Positions 9,788-19,228 of a DNA stretch of 64,000 bases are shown one piece after another. Under the pieces are notes generated by a model. The model saw only the letters and a list, made by a program, of their open reading frames with translations. It ran no database searches and had not been told where the DNA came from. Positions within the stretch are counted from its first letter, which is position 1. Each line of letters opens with the position of its first letter. The stretch spans positions 81,994-145,993 of the forward strand of contig JBFXKG010000005.1 in NCBI GenBank assembly GCA_050174015.1, read 5' to 3'. The translations under genes and the position numbers were made by a program. This DNA comes from Candidatus Krumholzibacteriia bacterium (GTDB lineage Bacteria > Krumholzibacteriota > Krumholzibacteriia > LZORAL124-64-63).

Positions 9788-11029
9788 TCAGGGGGCGGGC
9801 GAGGGGCCGTCGATCCTGATCTCGGTCGCCGCCTGGGCCGCCTCCCGGACCGCGGCATCGAGGTCCATGGCCCGGGAGAAGTCCATCAGATCCCGGGGAC
9901 GGGCGGTCAGGACCGGTTTGGGGGACCGGATCGAGCAGCAGTCCCGGTAGGGGAGGATGGACGTGTCGAACAACCCCACCTTCCGGGACCAGGCGGTGAT
10001 CTCGATCTTGTCCATGCCGATCAGGGGGCGCAGGACCGGCATCCGGACGTCCGGGGCGATGGCCCCGAGGTTGTGGATGGTCTGGCTGGCCACCTGGCCC
10101 AGGCTGTCCCCGGTGACCAGGGCCTTGCACTTGTTCTGGGAGGCCAGCTTGGCGGCGGTCTTGAACATGAACCGGCGGAACATGACCATGTCGAAGCTGT
10201 CGGGCACGGCTCCGATGGCGCGCTGCTCGTAGGGGACCACCGGCACCAGGTGCAGGGCCAGGGGCCGGGGGAAGTAGCCGGCGAGGATCCTCACCAGTTC
10301 CTCGATCTTGGCGGTGTCGGCCTCGGCGGCGGTCCGGCCGGAGAAGAAGTGCACGAACTCGGGGCGGCAGCCGCGCCGCATCATGAGCCAGGCCGCCACG
10401 GGCGAGTCGATCCCGCCGGACATCAGGACCATGACCCGCCCGCTGCTGCCCGCCGGCAGCCCCCCGTAGGCGGTCTCCTTGGCGTGGAAGACCAGGGTCT
10501 GGTCCTTCATGACCAGCACGTTGATCTTCAGGTCGGGGTCCTGCATCCGGCCGGGCAGCCCGGTGTCCAGGTGTACCGCGCGGCCGACGATGCGGTTGAT
10601 GTCCGGGGAATCCAGGGGGAAGGTGCGGTCGCTGCGGCGGGTGGCGACCTTGAATGAAAGGGCCTCCCCCGGGTTCTCGCGGGCCAGGCCACAGGCCGCG
10701 TCGCAGAGCAGGGTCAACCGCGGCTCCCGTCCGGCGGCGCGGTCCGCGGCGATCTCGGCGTCCAGCTCGCCCCGGGGAACGGGAACCGCGGGAGAGACCC
10801 ACTGCAGGCCGAAAACGTCGTGCAACCTGCGGCTGACGCGGGCCGCGGAGTCGGGGTCCGTCACCTCGATCAGCAGGCGGCTCTCCACGTGCCTGATCTC
10901 ACCGAGGGGCTCGTCCTTGAGCATGGTGCGGATGTTGTTCAGGAGCTTGCGCAGGAATACCGTCCGGTTGCGCCCCTTCAGGGCGATCTCGGCGTACGTG
11001 GCCACGATGACGGGGGAGGCCTGGGTCAT
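9788..11029 (-). CDS. thiI: tRNA 4-thiouridine synthase ThiI
   Basis: THUMP-like N-terminus (VIVATYAEIALKGRNR) plus PP-loop SGGIDSPVAAW. The upstream 102 aa of the table ORF are not used. Confidence 0.8.
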   Translation of the reverse strand: MTQASPVIVATYAEIALKGRNRTVFLRKLLNNIRTMLKDEPLGEIRHVESRLLIEVTDPDSAARVSRRLHDVFGLQWVSPAVPVPRGELDAEIAADRAAGREPRLTLLCDAACGLARENPGEALSFKVATRRSDRTFPLDSPDINRIVGRAVHLDTGLPGRMQDPDLKINVLVMKDQTLVFHAKETAYGGLPAGSSGRVMVLMSGGIDSPVAAWLMMRRGCRPEFVHFFSGRTAAEADTAKIEELVRILAGYFPRPLALHLVPVVPYEQRAIGAVPDSFDMVMFRRFMFKTAAKLASQNKCKALVTGDSLGQVASQTIHNLGAIAPDVRMPVLRPLIGMDKIEITAWSRKVGLFDTSILPYRDCCSIRSPKPVLTARPRDLMDFSRAMDLDAAVREAAQAATEIRIDGPSPAP

Positions 11030-11207
11030 GCCGGCTCCTGGGACGGCCGCCGGGACGGCGGCTTTGCTTCGGGGCGAATCCGGGTTATTCTTGGCCCCCA
11101 CCGGGGGGACCGGGCGCGGATGCGTGAACCATTGAATTAAACAGGTCCCAGGGCAGGCGCAAGCGCCATCCCGGGCAGACCCCGCCTTCCGGGGCGGGAC
11201 AAGAAGG

Positions 11208-12521
11208 ATGGCGATGATCGAGCACGAAGGAATCCGTCTGGACATCAGCGGCGCCGGTGAGTATCTGCCGGCCTCCGAACTGGAGGCCCTGGAGCCCCGG
11301 GCCCTGGCCGCCCTGGCCGAGTTGCATGACGGCACCGGCCCCGGCGCCGACTACCTGGGTTGGCTGGACTTGCCGTCGTCCATCACGGCCGACGACCTGG
11401 GCGAGATCCGGGCCGAGGCCGACCGGATCGCCGCCCAGGCCGAGGTCCTGGCGGTCGTCGGCATCGGGGGTTCCTACCTGGGCGCCCGGGCGGTCCTGGC
11501 GGCCCTGGGTCTCGACGGCCGCGCCGGTTCCGGCCGCCCCGAGGTCATCTTCGCGGGCACGGGGCTGTGCGGGGCGACCCTGCAGCAGACCCTCGACCGC
11601 CTGGGCGACCGGGACGTCCACGTCTGCGTCATCTCGAAATCGGGAACGACCCTGGAACCGGCCGTCGCCTTCCGCATCCTGCGGGCGAGACTGGCGGCCC
11701 GGTACGGAGCCGGAGCCCCAAGCCGCATCACAGCGGTCACCGACGCCCGCCGCGGGGCCTTGCGACGCCTTGCCGAAGCCGAGGGATACGCGACCTTCGT
11801 GATTCCCGACGACGTCGGCGGCCGCTTCTCCGTCCTGACCCCGGTGGGCCTGGTTCCCCTGGCCGCGGCGGGCGTGGACGTCGCCGCCCTGGTGGACGGC
11901 GCCCGCTCCATGGCCGAATTCTGCCGGTCCGGCGATCTCCGCGCCAACCCCGCCCTGCTGTACGCGACGGTCCGGTACGGCCTGTACGCCAAGGGGTTCA
12001 CCACGGAGATCCTCAGCAGTTTCCACGGCGGATTGCAGCTGATGCAGGAGTGGTGGAAGCAGCTCTTCGGCGAGAGCGAGGGCAAGCAGGGCCGCGGCAT
12101 CTTCCCGGCCTCGACGGTGTTCACCACCGATCTGCACAGCCTGGGCCAGTACATCCAGGACGGCCGCCGGGTCCTCCAGGAGACCTTCCTGGCGGTGCGG
12201 GAGACGGGGACCGGTCTCGCCGTTCCTTGCGGCGCGGGGGAGGGGTCCGATCCCGACGGTCTGGACTATCTCGCCGGCCGCTCCCTCGACGAGATCAACT
12301 GGAAGGCCTACGAAGGCACGCGGACGGCCCACCTGGCCGGCGGGGTGCCCTGTCTGGGCCTGGAACTGGATCGGGTGGACGCCCGCACCCTCGGGGCCCT
12401 GATCTACATGTTCGAGCTTGCGGTGGGAGTCGGCGGCAAGCTGCTGGGAGTGAATCCCTTCGACCAGCCCGGGGTGGAGACCTACAAGAAGGAAATGTTC
12501 CGCCTTCTAGGCAAACCCTAG
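11208..12521 (+). CDS. pgi: Glucose-6-phosphate isomerase (short bacterial/archaeal-type PGI)
   Basis: 437 aa; SIS motifs VGIGGSYLGARAV and GESEGKQGRGIFP. Confidence 0.8.
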   Translation: MAMIEHEGIRLDISGAGEYLPASELEALEPRALAALAELHDGTGPGADYLGWLDLPSSITADDLGEIRAEADRIAAQAEVLAVVGIGGSYLGARAVLAALGLDGRAGSGRPEVIFAGTGLCGATLQQTLDRLGDRDVHVCVISKSGTTLEPAVAFRILRARLAARYGAGAPSRITAVTDARRGALRRLAEAEGYATFVIPDDVGGRFSVLTPVGLVPLAAAGVDVAALVDGARSMAEFCRSGDLRANPALLYATVRYGLYAKGFTTEILSSFHGGLQLMQEWWKQLFGESEGKQGRGIFPASTVFTTDLHSLGQYIQDGRRVLQETFLAVRETGTGLAVPCGAGEGSDPDGLDYLAGRSLDEINWKAYEGTRTAHLAGGVPCLGLELDRVDARTLGALIYMFELAVGVGGKLLGVNPFDQPGVETYKKEMFRLLGKP

Positions 12522-12625
12522 GCCGCAGGATATATTGTACGCCGTAAGGCACTCCGGACGGGGGACGGCCCGGTCGCGCCCCGCCCGCATCACCCGACGA
12601 TCCGGGACAACCAAGGAGAATCGCC

Positions 12626-13483
12626 TTGTCCAAACATGCGATTTTTAGCTTTCTGATGATCGGCCTGCTGGCGGTCGTCCTCGGCGCCTGCAGCGACGGC
12701 GGCGACCAGGCCGCCACCGGCGCGGCCGAATCCGCTTCCGCGACCTCTTCCGAGCATCCCGGCGCCTCCAAGGGAGCCGAGCATCCCGGGAGCGCCCCGA
12801 CGGGGATGCCCGCCGGCCAGGGTGGCTTCACCGGCGAGATCCTCGAGACCATGAACAGCGGCGGCTACACCTACGTGAAGCTGGACACGGGCAAGGAACA
12901 GGTCTGGGCCGCCGCCACCGAGACTCAGGTGGCCGTCGGTCAGAGGGTGACCGTGCCCGCGGGCATGCTCATGAAGGACTTCCCGAGCAAGACCCTCGAC
13001 CGGACGTTCCCCGAGATCTGGTTCGTGGGCGGCATCTATCCCGAGGGCCAGGCCGCGAACCAGGCCCAGGGCGGGATGCCCCCCTCCGGCATGGGCGGCA
13101 TGCCGTCGGGCGGGATGGAGCAGATGGCGAACGACGGCTCCCACAACCAGGTCCCCGACGCCGGGGTCGAGCCGGTCGCCAAGGTGGCCGGGGGCCACGA
13201 CATCGCCGGGATCTACGCCGGAGCCGCGGAGCTCGGCGGCAAGACGGTCAAGGTGCGGGGTCGTGTGGTGAAGTTCACGCCCAACATCATGGGCACCAAC
13301 TGGATCCACATCCAGGACGGATCCGGGGAAGGGCCGTCGGCCGACCTCACCGTCACCAGCAGCGGCAGCGTGAGCGTGGACGATGTGGTGGTGGTGGAAG
13401 GGGTGCTTGCGGTGGACAAGGATTTCGGTGCGGGCTACCGCTACTCGGCCATCATCGAGAACGCCAAGATCACCAAGGATTGA
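12626..13483 (+). CDS. Periplasmic lipoprotein with internally duplicated beta-rich domain and Gly/Met-rich linker
   Basis: Signal peptide plus lipobox LGAC; duplicated segments (GGYTYVKLDTGKEQVWAA.../GKTVKVRGRVVKFTPNIMGTNWIHIQDG); Met-rich stretch GMPPSGMGGMPSGGMEQM. Confidence 0.55.
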   Translation: MSKHAIFSFLMIGLLAVVLGACSDGGDQAATGAAESASATSSEHPGASKGAEHPGSAPTGMPAGQGGFTGEILETMNSGGYTYVKLDTGKEQVWAAATETQVAVGQRVTVPAGMLMKDFPSKTLDRTFPEIWFVGGIYPEGQAANQAQGGMPPSGMGGMPSGGMEQMANDGSHNQVPDAGVEPVAKVAGGHDIAGIYAGAAELGGKTVKVRGRVVKFTPNIMGTNWIHIQDGSGEGPSADLTVTSSGSVSVDDVVVVEGVLAVDKDFGAGYRYSAIIENAKITKD

Positions 13484-13562
13484 CCTTCGGAACCATCCGA
13501 GTGCCCGGCCGGACCCTGCAGGGGTAAGGTCGGGCATTCTGTCATTCCGGCAGCCCCTCCGG

Positions 13563-15047
13563 TCAGTGGATGTAGCCGAGAGATCTCAGCCGCTTCCGGG
13601 CTTCACCGCCCAGATCGTCGGCCGGGACCGGCGGCGCCGCCGACAGGGGTGAATCTTCCGCGAATACCGCAGCGAACCCGGCTCGCAGTCCATCCAGGAT
13701 GTCGGGCCGCCTGTCGGCCAGGTCATCCGTCTCCCCGGGATCTCGAGCCAGGTCGTAGAGTTCGAACCGGTCGGCATCCCCTGTCCGGAACCAGATCAGT
13801 TTCCAGTCTCCCTTGACCAGGCTCTTGCAGAAATCCCGGGGCGAGGATCCCTGTTCGCTGAACAGAGGCTCCTGGGGACCTGGCGAGATTCCTCCTGCCA
13901 GGTCGGTCAATGCAACGCCGTCCATGCCCGCGGGCGGATCAAGGTCCAGGGCGGCGAGCACCGTGGGGAGGATGTCCACCGTGGATACCCTTTCCTCGAC
14001 GGTCGAGCCGGCGAATCGGCCCCCGGGCCATTTGATCAGCAAGGGGACATGCACCGCTTCCTGGTACGGCAGGCTGTGGGTGAAGTAGAAACCGTGCTCC
14101 GTGAGGTGTTCCCCGTGGTCGGACACGACGATGATCATGGCCTCGTCGTACAGACCCAGTTGCTCGAGTCCGAGCAGGACCTGGCCGACGTGGTCATCCA
14201 CGTGGGTCACACCGGCGGCGTATTGCTTGACGGGAAATTCCCAGTCGGTGACTCCCTCCAGCCAGTCGTAGATCCGGCTGTTCCGGCTCTCCTCCAGCAA
14301 CCTGTTACGGTCCGACTTCAAGGTGGCCAGCAGGGGTTCGCCCGGTCCTTTCTCGTCACCCTCGTAGTAGAGCCGGTCGTACGGCGGGGGAGGCGTGTAG
14401 GGGGCGTGGGCGTCGAAATAATGCAGGAACAGGAAGAAGGGTTCATCCCGGTGGGCGGCGGCGAAGGCGAGGCCCCCATCGGTGACGCTGCGGGAGGCCA
14501 GGCCCTTGCCCTGGTCGAAGAAGCTCTCGGTTACGGCGAATCCCTGGGTCAGTCCGAAGATCCTGGTCAGCCAGCGGATGGTGACGAATGATGCCGTGGC
14601 GTAACCGCAACCCTGAAGGGATTCTCCCAGGGTCGTGAACTGCTCGGCGAGGCGCCCGTAATCGCCGCCGATGAACCCGTGGTGATAGGGCAGCAGACCG
14701 GTCAGGATCGATGCGAAGGAGGGACCGGTCCACGGAGCGGTACTCTGGCAGCGGCGGAACAGCACGCCGTCGGTCGCCAGGCGATCGAGGTTGGGAGTCA
14801 TGATGTCCGGGTTGCCCCAGGCATGGACGTGGTCTCCCCGCACCGTATCGATCCCGATGAGAATCACCGGCGGGCGCGGAGCCGCGACCGGGTCCTCGGG
14901 GCTGCACCCGGCCAGGACCGGGACGATCAGCAGCAACATGGGCAAAATCCAGGTTCTGATGGCGCCGGCCTCCTTTCGGGTCCCATACTGGCCCATGGAT
15001 GAGGTGGTGGCAAGGTTCCGGTCCTGGAAAAGAGGCGCCCCGGACAT
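13563..15047 (-). CDS. Sulfatase-family protein
   Basis: N-terminal region (PVILIGIDTVRGDH...STAPWTGPSFASILTGL) matches the sulfatase/alkaline-phosphatase superfamily; N-terminal TM/lipobox; exact start uncertain (14996 or 15047). Confidence 0.7.
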   Translation of the reverse strand: MSGAPLFQDRNLATTSSMGQYGTRKEAGAIRTWILPMLLLIVPVLAGCSPEDPVAAPRPPVILIGIDTVRGDHVHAWGNPDIMTPNLDRLATDGVLFRRCQSTAPWTGPSFASILTGLLPYHHGFIGGDYGRLAEQFTTLGESLQGCGYATASFVTIRWLTRIFGLTQGFAVTESFFDQGKGLASRSVTDGGLAFAAAHRDEPFFLFLHYFDAHAPYTPPPPYDRLYYEGDEKGPGEPLLATLKSDRNRLLEESRNSRIYDWLEGVTDWEFPVKQYAAGVTHVDDHVGQVLLGLEQLGLYDEAMIIVVSDHGEHLTEHGFYFTHSLPYQEAVHVPLLIKWPGGRFAGSTVEERVSTVDILPTVLAALDLDPPAGMDGVALTDLAGGISPGPQEPLFSEQGSSPRDFCKSLVKGDWKLIWFRTGDADRFELYDLARDPGETDDLADRRPDILDGLRAGFAAVFAEDSPLSAAPPVPADDLGGEARKRLRSLGYIH

Positions 15048-15103
15048 CCCGGCCCTGAGGCCAGATTTTCCGGGGCGCCGTCATTCCGGAAGAACCGACG
15101 AGC

Positions 15104-15721
15104 CTACTTGTGGTCGGACAGGTACTTGGCCACGCCCTCGGCGGTCGGGACCATGGCGTCGTCGCCCTTCTTCCAGTTCGCCGGACACACCTCACCGTGC
15201 TTCTCCAGGTGCTGCAGGGCATCCACCAGCCGAATCATCTCATCGATGTTCCGGCCCAGGCCCAGGGCGTTGACCGTGCTGTGCTGGATGACCCCGTCCT
15301 TGTCGATCAGGAAGGTGCCGCGCAGCGCCATCCCGCCCTCGAGCAGGAGGCCGTAGTCCTGGCTGATGGTCTTCTGGAAGTCGGCGACCAGGGGGTACTG
15401 GACGTTGCCGATGCCGCCGTTCTCGACCGGGGTGTTCTTCCAGGCCCAGTGGCTGAAGTGGCTGTCGGTCGAGACGCCGATGACCTCGCAGTGGCGGCTC
15501 TTGAACTCCTCCAGCTGCTTGTCGAAGGCGATGATCTCGCTCGGGCAGACGAAGGTGAAGTCCAGGGGGTAGAAGAACATGACGACGTACTTGCCGCGGT
15601 AGTCGGACAGTTTGAAGTCGTTCTTGAAGGTGTTGTCCGGCATGACGGCCGTGGCGGTGAAGTCCGGGGCCTCCCCGGCGACCAGGGGCATGGGGATGAA
15701 GTCGAAGTCCATGTTGTCCAT
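15104..15721 (-). CDS. ahpC: 2-Cys peroxiredoxin (AhpC/Prx1 type)
   Basis: FYPLDFTFVCPSEI peroxidatic Cys and resolving Cys (GEVCPANW); strong RBS aaggaga 8 nt before ATG 15721. Confidence 0.85.
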   Translation of the reverse strand: MDNMDFDFIPMPLVAGEAPDFTATAVMPDNTFKNDFKLSDYRGKYVVMFFYPLDFTFVCPSEIIAFDKQLEEFKSRHCEVIGVSTDSHFSHWAWKNTPVENGGIGNVQYPLVADFQKTISQDYGLLLEGGMALRGTFLIDKDGVIQHSTVNALGLGRNIDEMIRLVDALQHLEKHGEVCPANWKKGDDAMVPTAEGVAKYLSDHK

Positions 15722-15798
15722 TGGTGGTCGTCTCCTTGTGGTGACTGGGTTTCGGCCGCCCGGGGGCGACGCGCTCGTTTGGGAGAAGAACGGGAGGG

Positions 15799-16221
15799 TC
15801 AGTGGCCACCGGATTCGCCGGGACCGCGGGTGGCCGTCTTCCGGCATTCGGGGCAAAGACCGTAGTATTCCAGTCGATGCCCCTGGATCAGGAATCCGGC
15901 GGATTCCCGGGGCAGTTCGACCGGCGCGCTGGCGGTGGGAAGGTCCTTCACGCAGCCGCATCGCGTGCATCTGATGTGATCATGAGGTTCCATGTCCGCA
16001 TCGAACCTGGCTTCGGCGCCGGAGAATTCCAGTTTGCGGATCCGACCTTCCTGGTGCAGGACTTCCAGGTTCCGGTAGACGGTGCCCAGGGAAATCCTCG
16101 GCAATCGTGATCTCACCTTGGTGAAAAGTTCGGCGGCCGTCGGATGGCGCTTGGTGGAGCAGAGTTCCTCGAGAATCACCGATCGCTGCAATGTGTTGCG
16201 ACGGTTGGTGTTGGATCGCAT
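15799..16221 (-). CDS. perR: Fur-family transcriptional regulator, probable peroxide sensor PerR
   Basis: 140 aa; HDHIRCTRCG and C-terminal CPEC metal site; immediately upstream of ahpC on the same strand. Confidence 0.75.
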   Translation of the reverse strand: MRSNTNRRNTLQRSVILEELCSTKRHPTAAELFTKVRSRLPRISLGTVYRNLEVLHQEGRIRKLEFSGAEARFDADMEPHDHIRCTRCGCVKDLPTASAPVELPRESAGFLIQGHRLEYYGLCPECRKTATRGPGESGGH

Positions 16222-16426
16222 CCTGACTTCCTTCGGCTGCGGGTGAGGGCGAAATTCTCCGAAGCTCTAGGCCCAATTTAATAGGAATGATTATCGTTGT
16301 CAAATTTTATTCGTGACTTCTCTCCGGCATTTTGTGGATTTTATTCCGGCCTGCCTTAAACCCTCGGGCCCCGGGGATCGTCTGTCAAGACGAAGAACAC
16401 ATCCACCGGTGACGGGAGATCGGACG

Positions 16427-17041
16427 ATGATCCAGCAAATCCGCCGGGACGGGCGCCCGATGCCCGGTGCGGCCTCCGACCAGGAACTGGTCGAGGGCAG
16501 CACGGGCGGGGATCGCGCGGCCTACGAGGAGATCTACCGCCGCTACTGCGGGCGCATCCACGGACTGTGCCTGCGCCTGACGGGCGATCCGGTGGAGGCC
16601 GAGTCCCTGACGCAGGACGCCTTCGTGCGCGGCTGGTTCGCTCTGGGGGGATTCCGGGGGCAGGGAAGCCTGGCGGGCTGGCTGTCACGCCTGGCGGTGA
16701 ACCTCTGGCGGGATGGCTTGCGTTCCGGTAAGCGGATGAGGCGCCTGCAGGAAGGCCTGGCCCTCGAGGCCGGGGACGTGACGGGGGAGGGCTCCCTGGC
16801 AGCGGGCAGGAGCGGCGGCAACGTCGTGGCCCTGCTGACCGCGGTGGATCTCGAGCGCTGCCTGCCCAGGCTGCCCGAGGGGGCCCGGACGGTCTTCGTC
16901 CTTCATGACGTGGAAGGTTACACTCACCGGGAGATCGCCGGCCTGCTCGAGGTGGCCACGGGCACGGTGAAGGCCCAGTTGCACAGGGTGCGGCGGCTCT
17001 TGCGGGAAATGCTGGACGCGGACAGGGGAGTCGAATCATGA
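16427..17041 (+). CDS. ECF-type RNA polymerase sigma factor
   Basis: Sigma-70 region 2 (YEEIYRRYCGRIHGLCLRLTGD) and region 4 (VFVLHDVEGYTHREIAGLL...VKAQLHRVRRLL). Confidence 0.75.
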   Translation: MIQQIRRDGRPMPGAASDQELVEGSTGGDRAAYEEIYRRYCGRIHGLCLRLTGDPVEAESLTQDAFVRGWFALGGFRGQGSLAGWLSRLAVNLWRDGLRSGKRMRRLQEGLALEAGDVTGEGSLAAGRSGGNVVALLTAVDLERCLPRLPEGARTVFVLHDVEGYTHREIAGLLEVATGTVKAQLHRVRRLLREMLDADRGVES

Positions 17042-17475
17042 ACGAAACCGAACGCGATCCGTTGCTGCGGGCGGCGGGGGAACTGAGGCGGAGGGGGGCG
17101 GCCCCTTCCCGCGACCTGTGGCCGGACATCGTCGCGGCCATCGACCGCCTGGAAGTCGGGGGGCTCCGGCCCGCCGCTGCGTCACGGAGCGCCCGGCGCT
17201 GGCCGCATCTGGCCGCAGCCGCGGCGGTGACGGTCCTCTGCCTGATGGGTCCCCGCACCTATGGCCCCCCGGAGCATGGCGCCGGGGCGGCTCCCGCCGG
17301 GGGGCTTGCCGCCGTGGATCAGGCGCTGACCGAGGTCCTGACCGCCCTGGAACGGGACCCGGCGAATCCGAACCTGAACCATCTCGCCCGCCGACTCCAC
17401 CGGTCGAGGGCGGAGGTGTTGCTCCTGGAATCGGCGGCCCTCGGCAGGACCGCCCTGATGGATCTTGATCCCTGA
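17038..17475 (+). CDS. Putative anti-sigma factor
   Basis: ATGA overlap with the sigma-gene stop; 145 aa with a central hydrophobic segment; position typical of an anti-sigma partner. Confidence 0.45.
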   Translation: MNETERDPLLRAAGELRRRGAAPSRDLWPDIVAAIDRLEVGGLRPAAASRSARRWPHLAAAAAVTVLCLMGPRTYGPPEHGAGAAPAGGLAAVDQALTEVLTALERDPANPNLNHLARRLHRSRAEVLLLESAALGRTALMDLDP

Positions 17476-17514
17476 CGAAACCATCCGGCTCCGCCGGAAA
17501 CACCGAGGAGGACG

Positions 17515-18423
17515 ATGATGAGAAAGCATGGGATGGCCGCGGCCGGATGGGGCACGGGTCTGGCCGTGATCCTGATGATCATGACGGGCGCCGTCTTCGC
17601 CGAGGAACGGACGGTCCACAAGTCGGGGCCGGCGGATTCCGACGGCCGGGTACGGATCGAGAACATCGCCGGATCCATCGTGGTCGAAGGCTGGGACCGC
17701 GACGAGGTTCAGCTCGACGCCGTCCTGGGCGACGACGTCGAGGATCTCGAGTTCGAATCCGGGGCCGGCACCAAGATCGAGGTCATCTACCCCCGGCACG
17801 GCCGGAACATCGACGAGGGCGCGGACCTGACCATCAAGGTCCCCAGGGGAAGCAGGGTGGAGATCGACGGCGTCAGCTCCACCATCACCGTGGAGAAGGT
17901 GACCGGGGCCGTGTTCGCCGCATCGGTCAGCGGCACGGTGACCGTGTCCGGGACCCTGAAGGAGGTGTCCGCCGAGACCATCAGCGGCGACCTGGACCTG
18001 GACGTGGACTGTCCCGTGGTTTCCACCGAGTCCATCAGCGGGGAGATCCTGGTGCGGGGGCGCATCCTCAAGCTCGGCGCCTCCACGGTGTCGGGAGACC
18101 TCGACCTGGCGGCCGAGCGGTTCATCGAACTCGATCTGCAGTCGGTGACCGGGGACGTCGACGTCGCCGGGGATTTCGATCCCTCCGGTTCCTTCACCTT
18201 CGACCTGCACGGCGGGGATCTGACCCTGTCGGTGCCTGGCAGCCTGGATGCGGACCTGGAGATCGAGACCTTCACCGGGGACATCGAGGATGATTTCGGG
18301 GGCAAGGTGGAGCGGAGCAGCGAGTACGGGCCGGGCAAGGAGATGTCCCTGACGCTGGGCGCCGGCAAGGCGCGCGTCCGGATCAGCACCTTCAGCGGGG
18401 ACGTGAAGATCAACAAGCGCTGA
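17515..18423 (+). CDS. Putative beta-helical adhesin-like protein (DUF4097-like)
   Basis: Signal peptide; repeated GDL/GDV beta-strand motifs (TVSGTL, ISGDLDLDV, VSGDLDLAA, VTGDVDVAG, FSGDVKI); commonly encoded next to ECF sigma/anti-sigma pairs. Confidence 0.55.
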   Translation: MMRKHGMAAAGWGTGLAVILMIMTGAVFAEERTVHKSGPADSDGRVRIENIAGSIVVEGWDRDEVQLDAVLGDDVEDLEFESGAGTKIEVIYPRHGRNIDEGADLTIKVPRGSRVEIDGVSSTITVEKVTGAVFAASVSGTVTVSGTLKEVSAETISGDLDLDVDCPVVSTESISGEILVRGRILKLGASTVSGDLDLAAERFIELDLQSVTGDVDVAGDFDPSGSFTFDLHGGDLTLSVPGSLDADLEIETFTGDIEDDFGGKVERSSEYGPGKEMSLTLGAGKARVRISTFSGDVKINKR

Positions 18424-18502
18424 GCGACCCCTGTTCAGGAGATGAAGGAGGGCGGCCCGGCGGCCGCCCTCTCCTCTACCCGGGGGAACGGGAGGATCCG
18501 GG

Positions 18503-19090
18503 TCAGTAGGCCAGCCAGCTGATGGTGACCATCAGGTTGCTGATGCTCACCTCCATGCCCATCTCCTCGAAGACCTTCGCGTTCATGTAGGTGCCCTCGA
18601 TGATCCAGTTGCGGGCGAACTCGTAGCCGACGCCGGCGGTGAAACCGACGCCGGATTCCGATTCATCGGCCTCGCTGTCCATCAGGACGCCGAGCCCGAG
18701 GCCTCCCGAGAAGAAGAACGAGGGCGCTTCGGGTTCGAGGAAGTAGCTGACCCCCACCGCCGACATGCCGTTGATGTAGTCCGCTTCGAGGGTCGTGGGA
18801 CCGAGGAAGGGGTCGGTGTAGGTGACCTCCATGGTATGGAAAAGCGTCCGGTTGGTGTAATAGATGAGCATTTGAGGGTTGACGCCGCCCCCGATCTTGA
18901 AGTCCCCGCCGAAGCCGGTTGCATCCAGGGAGACCTCGACACCCGAGGCGGAGGCCGTCTGCTTGGCCTGCCCGAACCCGGCGCCGAGATTGAGCATGAA
19001 TCCCTGCCGGTCGCCGTCGAACCCCAGGGAGGGCGCGGCCATGGCCAGCGAGACCAGGACCACGATCGATAACGTGATTATTCTTTTCAT
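18503..19090 (-). CDS. Outer-membrane beta-barrel protein (OmpA-like barrel/OmpW-type)
   Basis: Signal peptide MKRIITLSIVVLVSLAMA; alternating hydrophobic beta-strands; C-terminal aromatic-rich end (ISWLAY). Confidence 0.55.
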   Translation of the reverse strand: MKRIITLSIVVLVSLAMAAPSLGFDGDRQGFMLNLGAGFGQAKQTASASGVEVSLDATGFGGDFKIGGGVNPQMLIYYTNRTLFHTMEVTYTDPFLGPTTLEADYINGMSAVGVSYFLEPEAPSFFFSGGLGLGVLMDSEADESESGVGFTAGVGYEFARNWIIEGTYMNAKVFEEMGMEVSISNLMVTISWLAY

Positions 19091-19228
19091 GTTATTCCTT
19101 TCCCATGATGGAATGGACATGTTCCCCGGACGGGATGGTATTCCAGGTGGAAAGGCGTTGTCATTCGAAAACATGAAAAAAACCCCGGGCCTGGGGCCCG
19201 GGGTTTGGTCGTCCCCTTCAGGAAGCGA

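Noticed and set aside
11257-12547. ORFs 11257..11802, 11360..12547 (+) and 11474..12154 (-) overlapping pgi
   Set aside because: Alternative-frame artefacts in a 70% GC gene; Arg/Pro/Gly-rich; pgi frame carries conserved SIS motifs.
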